From Azolla caroliniana (taxonomy: Eukaryota; Plantae; Polypodiophyta), in contig JBHGNT010000011.1 in assembly GCA_043228905.1 (NCBI GenBank), positions 15,376,001-15,440,000 on the forward strand: a stretch of 64,000 nucleotides of DNA, written 5' to 3'. The notes below the pieces were generated by a model. It was given only the letters and a program-made list of their open reading frames with translations, ran no database searches and had not been told where the DNA came from. The translations under genes and the position numbers were made by a program. The stretch's first letter is position 1, and every line of letters begins with the position of its first letter. Positions 14,701 through 22,773 of the stretch are shown piece by piece.

Positions 14701-15849
14701 TCGAACCTCCGGAACGTGTCTGACATCCTTCAGCAGCATTTTGCATCCGGTCGAGGTTGTCACCCACACGTCTCCTATGCCGGCAATCCGGCACGTACCT
14801 TCATTTCCCATCCGAACACAGCCATGCTCACCGGCTGTGTAGGATGAGAAGTATCTTCTCTCCGGGGTCAGGTGGAACGATGCTCCGGAATCGACCACCC
14901 AGGTCGTCTCATCGCCGGCAATGTTTAGTTCACCTTCTTCGGTGATGAGCATGATTTCTTCCTCACTTGCCGCGAGTGCCGTCGTTCCTTTCCGGTCCTG
15001 CCCTCGCCGATCCGGACCTCTCCGGTCCGTGGCTCCCCGGTATGCACCGTTTCTCTCCGGTGGCTTCTTCGAATCGGTGTCGTCGGCTCCGTTGTCCTTT
15101 CGGTAATGCCGACAATTCTTCCGGAAGTGCCCCGGCTTCCCACAGTGGAAGCATGTGGGTCTTCCTCTTGACTGCGACCGGGTCCCCGACTTCTCCCGTC
15201 TTTGCGGACTCCGGTTCCATTGTCTTCCCCGTTCCGATTCGGTAAGCAGCGCCTTCGAGTCGGAGGCCGGTTCTTTATCTCTCCGACGCGCTTCCTCATT
15301 CAAAATACTTGTCTTTACCGTTTGTAGGGACAAGTTATCTTCCGTGCAGGAGGTGCTGAGAGTCACCACCAAGTTCTCCCAGCTTTCCGGCAATGTACAC
15401 ATCAGAATGATGGCTTGCATTGCATCCTCCAACGGGAACTTGATCGCCGCAAGCTGGTTCACGAATCCCATGAACGTGCTTACGTGTTCCACCATACTCT
15501 CGCGGTCCCGGTACTTGAGGTTCACTATCTTCCTCATCAGGGAGGTCCGGTTCAACGCGTTCTTCCTCTCGTAGAGGCCCGACAGCTTCCGCCACATCTC
15601 ATATGCGTTGGTGTCGTTCGCCACATGTTGTAGAACGCTCACGTCCACGTATTGCCGAATGGTTGCAACGGCTTTCCGGTTCAGAAGCCTCCATTCCGAC
15701 TAAAGTACTCCCTTCGGTATTTCCGACCTGTCAATCGGTTCGTACAGGTCCCGAACAATCAAAAGATCCTCCATCTTGATCTTCCAGTCGGCGTAATTCT
15801 GCGCATTCAGCACCATCATCCCCGACTGCCTGCTGCCGCCGCCTTCCAT
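11776..15849 (-). CDS. Copia C gag-pol polyprotein, single frame, with one in-frame TAG at codon 50 (15700-15702)
   Basis: The ATG at 15849 is in frame with the 1290-aa ORF (MEGGGSRQSGMMVLNAQNYADWKIKMEDLL...). Motifs CFHCGKPGHFRKNC, WVVDSGAS, WHKRLCH...CTDC, HTDVC...DNGGEY...AERMNRT, YVDD and FTDSD are present. Confidence 0.9.
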
Positions 15850-17166
15850 TTTCTGCAGCAGCCTGCTCTGATACCAAATTGATGAAAAAAATCAATCGAC
15901 ACTTTCCAAACTTCACCTCTCGGCCACAACCAAGGAAACACACGAATCGTTGTTGCAGAAAATGGGAAATGTAGAAGTAAATAAGTGGACACACGATTTA
16001 ACGTGGAAAACCCTGTACGGGAAAAACCACAGGAGTACAAGACTCCGAACCAAAACTATGCACAGAGAAGTATACAATGGCGAGCTGCAAAGCGACGACC
16101 TTGAGCTCGCTGTCCTCGCCACAGGCGGCGGAAATACACAGAGGCGTCGACCTCTTCCTCTCTCACGCTCTATCTCTCTCACAGCTGCTCTCTCTTCACT
16201 CCTCTTGAGTGGAAAAACAGAAAAATGAGTAGCCCCATTAAAACTGTTTGCCCTAAGTCATATTTATACACATATGACTTTGGGGCTATTTACAACTATA
16301 GCCTCAAGGGCCCTTGGCAAACATATTCACAGATATGTCCCCGCATCCGGATCTCTCTCCGGTGTCGTGAAGAAAACCGTCCATAGGCGGAATCGGCGCA
16401 CCAAGGCGTGGGAACCGGTTCTTCACGCGCGCACGCTCCGAGTTGTACATAGAAACGAATTGAGAGGATAATCGGCAGGAACGGGCCCTAACTCAAGTGG
16501 AGACAAAGACCGCGCGAACAGTCTTTTCGGTCGCGCGCGCGAACTGTACGAGTCGGCGGCGTAACTACGCGGATCCGTGAAAAACGGAGCGGATCCCTGT
16601 CCAAAAGGGACAGGGAATAAAGCTGACACGACGGCCTGTTCGTCGGCCTATATAAGGAGCGGGAAAGAGCTGTTGCAGGGATCTGGCGCGGAGAGGACGA
16701 AGTGCTGTCGGACCGTTTCTGGACGCTTCGCTCTCTCTGTTTCCTTCCTTCTTGAGCTCCAAAGCTTTCTGTGCAGGGTTCCGGGGAGGCTCGCGCTGTT
16801 TCGAGGAACGCCCGAGTGCTTCCGGCAGCACCTCCGACCTGCTACCCCCCCCCCATTTCCCCGTTTGTGCGTCGAAGCGAACAGGCATCGGCATCTGTTC
16901 GCCGGCCTGTTCGGTTGCAACCAACCTGTGCCCCATCGGGGGTTGTAGTCGTGTTAGCCATTTTGTTAATACACATATTTAGTCATTCGCATCCGTCTGT
17001 GTCGGTGTCTGTTCGCGTTCTCCGTGCTGAAGGGCCGTGTCCCTGTGTATCCCCGGTCCTGCGTAGCCGGTTCTCTCTCTTTCTCCTCCCTCGCTTGCTC
17101 TTTGGTTCGAGACCCCCGCGGTCCCGCCTCTATTCCACACGCACTTGCGTAATATCTCGACATCTT

Positions 17167-17184
17167 TGGTGAACCCGACGTGAA
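17167..17184 (+). promoter_or_regulatory. Primer-binding site complementary to the 3' end of tRNA-Trp
   Basis: TGGTGAACCCGACGTGAA is the reverse complement of TTCACGTCGGGTTCACCA, the 3' end of plant cytosolic tRNA-Trp. It lies 4 nt after the LTR. Confidence 0.85.
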
Positions 17185-17206
17185 AGAGGCGGCAGAAGAG
17201 CAGAAG

Positions 17207-19333
17207 ATGAGGGGGTCGGATCTCGCAGAGGCCATGGCTTCGGCCGTGGATCGGATCGTAAACGCGCGCGAGGGTACCGGTGCCCTCGACAGAGCTATTG
17301 AGGCGGTCGTCGGCACGATCGGCCGGTTCGATGGGAGGGATGCCACGAAGTATCTGGCGTCCTACGGTGCAGAAATGTTGATGCGGGACATTCCGGAAGA
17401 AAGGCGTCTTGCCGGTTTTCCCCGAGTGGCAATGCCGAGCATCCATGCGGAGGTGCTCGAGGTGCGGGCGGAGAGCCGTACCTGGGAGGAGTTCGAAGGT
17501 CGGCTCCTAGAGAAATACGGGCTGGACGACGCGCTCCGGCTTTCGAAGCGAAGGTTCATGGAATGGGTGGAGTCCCCGGGGAAGGGAAGAAACGCGTCGG
17601 CACTCCTCCGGGAGTTCGAGGAAAACTTTGCGCGCCTTTCGGCGCTCGACCGAACCATCCTGGACACGAGCCGGGTCTTGCTGTTTGTCAAGTCGGTCGA
17701 CGAGCGGGATCGGGAGCAAGTGGGCCTCTTGCTGGAAACCGAAGACGGGCTCACTACCGACTGGGCGGCTGTCAGGAAGGTCTGTGGCCGTTTCGACAAA
17801 CGGCGAGAATGGGCGGATAACGGGGCGACTGGGTCGGGCTCGGTCGCAGCAAGGAAGCTCGAACCAGCGCCACAGGTGCGCAAGGAAGAGACCCGGGAGT
17901 GGTTGGAAACCGGTTCGGCTTCGACCGGCGTAGTCAGAGGCTCAACCGGAGGAGCGGCGCTGGAGGAATTGACGAAGGCGATAAAGGACCTCCAAATCGC
18001 GCAGGCCCGAAGGGAAGGAGGCGAACCGGCTCGTGACCGACGGCCGGCGGCAGGAAACAGGTGCATGTGGTGCGATGAAGTCGGCCACGTTCGGAAGGAC
18101 TGCGGCGACTTCGCGGAGGCGCTGAGGGACCGGGTGGTGTACCTGTGGGAAGGACGGGTGCATGCCAGCGACACCCGAAGGGCCCTGAGCCGAAACGACG
18201 GAAAGGGTGGTATGAAAAGGTTGATGGAAGAGGCGGCGGCCCGACACGCGGAAACCGTCCACTACTCGGCGTCGGCCGGCATTCGAGTCGGGGGCGGCGA
18301 GGCCCGAAAGGAAAGCAAAGCCGGATTCTGGCCGACGATGCTGGAAGGCCTTGCCGGTGCAGGGCTTAAAAGGGAGGAATCGGACCGTGCGGAGAAACGG
18401 GTACGGGAGATGACCGGGTGGAGCGACCCGGTCGAGGAAAGGACGGGCTTCGTGGAAGCCGCTTGGCGGAACTACGAGGCTCTGGTAGAAGAGAAGCGGG
18501 TGGGAAAACCCGGGACGACCGGGCCCTCACAACGATACGAGACCCGGTCCGGGCCACGACGGGACGAAGCCGGCAGGGCCGGTACGCAAGATAAACCCCA
18601 GAAGGGCGGGTACCGTCTGGGGACGGAGATAGAAAGAACCACGGACTTACGAAAGGTCCTGGAGGAACGGATCCTCGACAGCAAGGTGGAGCTGTCGCTA
18701 CGGGAGGTGCTTGGAATCGCCAAGAAGGAGTTCCACGACTCCATCGTGGACTTGGTGAAACGGAAGAGGCTGTCAACGGAGACAGAACCGGAAAGACCGG
18801 TGGAAGTGCGGACGACGCACCTAGACGACATGGCGCTGGGAGACGAGTGGGCGGAAAGCCACTATTCGAGACCGCACTGGGCCCGAGCGACCACGGAAAC
18901 CCCGGTGAAGATCGGCGATGTCCAGGAACCGGTGATAGCTTTGGTGGACCACGGATCGGAGATCAATTTGATGTCCATGGACTTCTATAAGAAGGGCAAA
19001 TGGCCGATCAACACCAAGCACGGGTGGAAAATAAGGGCAGCAACGCACGCCACCGAGGAACTGCACGGGGCCTGTCCGAATGTGCGAGTCAAGATCGGCG
19101 ACGTCGAGATTGACCAGCACTTCTTCGTGCAGGAGACGTCTTCGCATCCGGTCATACTGGGAGAGCCGTACATCACGGCGGCGCGAATGGAGACCAAGGT
19201 GCTGGACAATGGTTCGGCCTATGCGCGGGTCAAGAGCCAGGACGGGCGCCATTCGGTCCAGTTTTTGACGGTTAGGCCGAACCACGAGCGTAACCGCGAC
19301 TCCCTCGGTTCCGATAACCGAGAGGATTTTTAG
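17207..19333 (+). CDS. Gypsy D ORF1: Gag plus aspartic protease
   Basis: Uninterrupted ORF with first ATG at 17207. CCHC knuckle CMWCDEVGHVRKDC. Retropepsin-like ALVDHGSEINLM...VILGEPY near the C-terminus. Confidence 0.9.
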   Translation: MRGSDLAEAMASAVDRIVNAREGTGALDRAIEAVVGTIGRFDGRDATKYLASYGAEMLMRDIPEERRLAGFPRVAMPSIHAEVLEVRAESRTWEEFEGRLLEKYGLDDALRLSKRRFMEWVESPGKGRNASALLREFEENFARLSALDRTILDTSRVLLFVKSVDERDREQVGLLLETEDGLTTDWAAVRKVCGRFDKRREWADNGATGSGSVAARKLEPAPQVRKEETREWLETGSASTGVVRGSTGGAALEELTKAIKDLQIAQARREGGEPARDRRPAAGNRCMWCDEVGHVRKDCGDFAEALRDRVVYLWEGRVHASDTRRALSRNDGKGGMKRLMEEAAARHAETVHYSASAGIRVGGGEARKESKAGFWPTMLEGLAGAGLKREESDRAEKRVREMTGWSDPVEERTGFVEAAWRNYEALVEEKRVGKPGTTGPSQRYETRSGPRRDEAGRAGTQDKPQKGGYRLGTEIERTTDLRKVLEERILDSKVELSLREVLGIAKKEFHDSIVDLVKRKRLSTETEPERPVEVRTTHLDDMALGDEWAESHYSRPHWARATTETPVKIGDVQEPVIALVDHGSEINLMSMDFYKKGKWPINTKHGWKIRAATHATEELHGACPNVRVKIGDVEIDQHFFVQETSSHPVILGEPYITAARMETKVLDNGSAYARVKSQDGRHSVQFLTVRPNHERNRDSLGSDNREDF

Positions 19334-19389
19334 AGAGGGCTGCCAAGGCGTGGGGCCGCGACAGTCCGGACACCCCGGGAAAACCCCAC
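19324..19389 (+). promoter_or_regulatory. Putative -1 programmed ribosomal frameshift signal (G_GAT_TTT heptamer plus H-type pseudoknot)
   Basis: The heptamer at 19324-19330 abuts the ORF1 TAG. A 6-nt spacer follows. Stem 1 is GGGCTG (19337-42) / CAGTCC (19362-67); stem 2 is GTGGGG (19350-55) / CCCCAC (19384-89). The -1 frame is open from 19318 into pol. Confidence 0.75.
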
Positions 19390-22300
19390 ACCTGTACGAT
19401 AAAACCGAAGAAACCTTGTACCATAGGTAGGGAATTTTTGTTCTCCGACAACGGAGCGTGTGCGATGGTCGGCATCGCCGGCCGAGAGAAAACAAAGACG
19501 GAGGCGAGACTTCGAGCGTGCGGAGTTCTCGGCCCGGACGAGGAAATCAACGGAGCCGTGGAGGCGGTCTCATTCGACGACACCTTGGGAATGCTGGGAA
19601 AGGTAGTCGAAGAAGGCCTTAACGACGACCGGACGATACCGGTGTGTTCCGAGGAGATGTACGAAGTCATCGCGGACTTCGGTCGAGGGCTCGAGTCAGT
19701 TCGGACGGCCCACGTAAACACCAAGTACAAGACTGTGGACCGGAAGGTAAGGCCAGTAGCGGCACCCTTACCGGAGGACAGCGCGTCGAGAATCAAAGGG
19801 GTTGCATCAGACCCTAGTCTACGAGATCCGGCCTGCATAGGGCACACCTTCACTGACGAGACGCTCCGAGAGCTCAAAATCGGTGGGGGCGGGTTCCTAC
19901 TGCCGGCGGAGGAAGACCGGTTTCGGAGAATGCTCGGAAGGCACGGGAAAGCCTTCGCATTCTCGCCGGAGGAAATCGGGTGCGTTGACCCGACGATCGT
20001 GGAGCCGATGGTGATATTCACGGTACCGCATGTACCATGGAATCTCAAGCCAATCCCGGTTCCGAGAGCTCACATCCCGAAGTTGATGGAGCTGCTGAGG
20101 CAGAAAGTTGATATGGGAATTCTTGAGCCGTCGAGCGCCCCATATTCGAATCGATGGTTTACCGTACCGAAGAAAAACGGTTCGCTGCGCTTCATCCAGG
20201 ACCTGCAGCCGGTCAATCGAGTGACCATTCGGAACGCAGGAATCGGACCGACCATAGACGAGTTCGCGGAGGCCTTCGCCGGAAGGTCAATTTACTCGGT
20301 CGGGGATCTATACTCAGGGTACGACCAGTTCCAGCTGGCCGTGGAGAGCAGAGACCTTACGACGATGCGAACTCCCCTCGGCCTAGTTCGGATGTGTACA
20401 CTGCCGCAAGGAGGGACCAACTCGGTGGCCCACATGGTGAATGCGATGAACAAGGTTCTGAGGGACTGTGTCCCGGACATTACCATGCCGTTTCTGGACG
20501 ACATCCCGATCAAGGGATGCCCGGTGGAAGAAAAGGACGAGACGATCGGGCCGGACGGATGCCGGCGATTCGTGGCGACGCACGTCGACGACTGCGAGAA
20601 GGTGCTGCAAAGGCTAGAGGATGCGAGACTCACCTTCTCCGGGGAGAAGTCGGCCTTCGGGCAGTCAGAAATCATGGTGGTCGGACACCTGTGCGGACCA
20701 TATGGCCGGAAACCGTCTCCGGCGAAGGTAGAAGCCATCTCCGCGATGAAGCCCGACTGCAGCTCGGTCACGGAAGTACGGAGATTCCTGGGGGCATGCG
20801 CGTTCTACCACATATGGATCCCGCATTACGCACACGTCGCGGAGCCACTGTACGGGTTGCTGAAAAAGGGGCGAAGGTTCGAATGGCTAGACAAGCACGC
20901 GGAATCGGTCCGGAAGCTGAAAGAGGCCCTTGCAGCGGCACCGGCACTCCGGAAGGCGGTTTACGGGAAGGGTACCCCGGTATTCATAACGGTGGATACC
21001 AGTCCGACCGGGATCGGATGGGTCGTGAACCAGGAAGACGAGGACGGCAATCGGTTTCCGATCCGATTCGGCGCGAAAGTCCTCAGTGAACGGCAGCGAG
21101 GGTACGCCCAGGTTAAACGCGAACTCTGGGGTATTGTTTCGGCGGTTAAGGCCGACAAAGACTACCTGATAGGGACGGAAGTGATCATCGAGACGGATTG
21201 CCTGCCGATTCTCGGTATGGTTTCCGGATGCGCGACTCCGGACCTGGCGATGCTCAGGTGGATAGCGTACATCAAGTCCCTGGACCCGGAAATACGACAC
21301 ATTTCCGGGAAAGACAACGCCATGGCCGACATGCTTTCGAGGGCGAGGTTCGACGACGAGGGCGGCATGGTTTCGGAAGACGAAGAAGTCGGCGTGGATT
21401 TCTTCGAGGCGGCATACATAACGACCGACGGGGAATGGCTGCAGATCGGCGGGTTTTTGAAGACGATGACGCCCGATGCGTCATGGACGAAGGACGAGGC
21501 CAACCGGATCCGGAAGAAAGCATATCGATTCTTTCTCCGAGATGGGCATCTATGGAAGCACCCGAAGAAGAGGGACGGCGTCCCGCTCCGAGTGGTGGCG
21601 ATGAAGGAAGAACAGGAGGAGCTACTGGCGGCCTACCACGACAGCCCTTGGGCTGGACACCGTGGAACGTGGGCGACGTTTGAGAAGCTGAAGGGAAAGT
21701 ACTGGTGGCCGGGATTGTACCGGGACGTGCATCGGTTCGTGTCAACTTGCGAGAGTTGTCAGATGCACTCGATAGTCCGACACCGGGACGGGCTTCACCC
21801 TACGTACCCTCCGACTATCCACTTCAAATGGATGGTAGATCTGGTGACGATGCCGATGGGGGTAGGACAGATGCGGTATCTGGTCCTAGCGCGGGAAGAC
21901 CTGACGAACCAGGTGGAAGGCCGAGCCCTTCAGAACAAGACGACCGCGGCCGTGTGTCGGTTCCTAGTCGAGGACGTGATATGCCGGTACGGGTGCGTCG
22001 GGAAGATCGTGGCTGACCGAGGGGAGTTGGACGCCGAAGAGGCCGCGGAGCTGTTCGACCGGCTTGGAGTCAAGCTCTCGCTCACCACTGCGTACAATCC
22101 GGAGGCGAATGGAAAGGTGGAGCGCGGACACGGACCGATCGTCAAGGCGTTGATTCGGGCATGCGGAGGCCAAGTCGGTAACTGGCCGCGGCTGCTACCT
22201 TATGCTTTGTGGGCAGACCGGACCACGCACAGTTCGGTAACCGGGTACATGCCGACGGAGCTCATGTTCGGCCAGAAGCCGATCATGCCGATTGAACGGA

Positions 22301-22773
22301 CGATCTCCTCGTGGGCAACGGTCGACTGGAGGGACGAGATGAGCCGGGAGGAGTTGTTGGTCGCACGTATACGACAGCTCGAGCGGAGGCCGGAGGACGT
22401 GGCACTGGCTACGGAGAAGCTCCGGGTGGCGAGGACAAAGAACAAAGCCCGGTTCGACCGAACGCACCGGCTACGACCGAAGAAAATCGAAGAAGGTGAC
22501 TGGGTGCTCGTCTACGACAGCAGCCTCGACAACCAGCACCGAGCCACACGGAAGTTCGCACGAAGGTGGTTCGGGCCTTACGTGGTACGGAGCGCCAATG
22601 ACAACGGGACATATCACCTGGCGGAACTTGACGGCACGAGAATGGCGATACCGGTTGCAGGGAAGCGGATCAAAGCGTTCAAGAAGCGACACGACGACGA
22701 GCCAGACCCGGCTCTCCTGGTCGGCAGTGACGAACGATCCGAAAATGAAGAAGAACCGACGGGCGAGGAATGA
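19330..22773 (+). CDS. Gypsy D ORF2: RT, RNase H, integrase (-1 frame relative to ORF1)
   Basis: RT GDLYSGYDQF...LPQG...FLDD; RNase H VDTS...KREL...ETDC...NAMADMLSR; integrase HDS...GH...CESC, VDLV...ADRGE...NGKVER, and a WFGPY motif. RT-RH-IN is the Gypsy order. Confidence 0.92.
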   Translation, partial: LERAAKAWGRDSPDTPGKPHTCTIKPKKPCTIGREFLFSDNGACAMVGIAGREKTKTEARLRACGVLGPDEEINGAVEAVSFDDTLGMLGKVVEEGLNDDRTIPVCSEEMYEVIADFGRGLESVRTAHVNTKYKTVDRKVRPVAAPLPEDSASRIKGVASDPSLRDPACIGHTFTDETLRELKIGGGGFLLPAEEDRFRRMLGRHGKAFAFSPEEIGCVDPTIVEPMVIFTVPHVPWNLKPIPVPRAHIPKLMELLRQKVDMGILEPSSAPYSNRWFTVPKKNGSLRFIQDLQPVNRVTIRNAGIGPTIDEFAEAFAGRSIYSVGDLYSGYDQFQLAVESRDLTTMRTPLGLVRMCTLPQGGTNSVAHMVNAMNKVLRDCVPDITMPFLDDIPIKGCPVEEKDETIGPDGCRRFVATHVDDCEKVLQRLEDARLTFSGEKSAFGQSEIMVVGHLCGPYGRKPSPAKVEAISAMKPDCSSVTEVRRFLGACAFYHIWIPHYAHVAEPLYGLLKKGRRFEWLDKHAESVRKLKEALAAAPALRKAVYGKGTPVFITVDTSPTGIGWVVNQEDEDGNRFPIRFGAKVLSERQRGYAQVKRELWGIVSAVKADKDYLIGTEVIIETDCLPILGMVSGCATPDLAMLRWIAYIKSLDPEIRHISGKDNAMADMLSRARFDDEGGMVSEDEEVGVDFFEAAYITTDGEWLQIGGFLKTMTPDASWTKDEANRIRKKAYRFFLRDGHLWKHPKKRDGVPLRVVAMKEEQEELLAAYHDSPWAGHRGTWATFEKLKGKYWWPGLYRDVHRFVSTCESCQMHSIVRHRDGLHPTYPPTIHFKWMVDLVTMPMGVGQMRYLVLAREDLTNQVEGRALQNKTTAAVCRFLVEDVICRYGCVGKIVADRGELDAEEAAELFDRLGVKLSLTTAYNPEANGKVERGHGPIVKALIRACGGQVGNWPRLLPYALWADRTTHSSVTGYMPTELMFGQKPIMPIERTISSWATVDWRDEMSREELLVARIRQLERRPEDVALATEKLRVARTKNKARFDRTHRLRPKKIEEGDWVLVYDSSLDNQHRATRKFARRWFGPYVVRSANDNGTYHLAELDGTRMAIPVAGKRIKAFKKRHDDEPDPALLVGSDERSENEEEPTGEE

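Noticed and set aside
20154-21089. 311-aa overlapping ORF also present in G (33157-34092), plus 258-270-aa antisense ORFs
   Set aside because: These are expected in GC-rich coding DNA. Their conservation reflects near DNA identity of D and G, and the 311-aa frame is broken in E.
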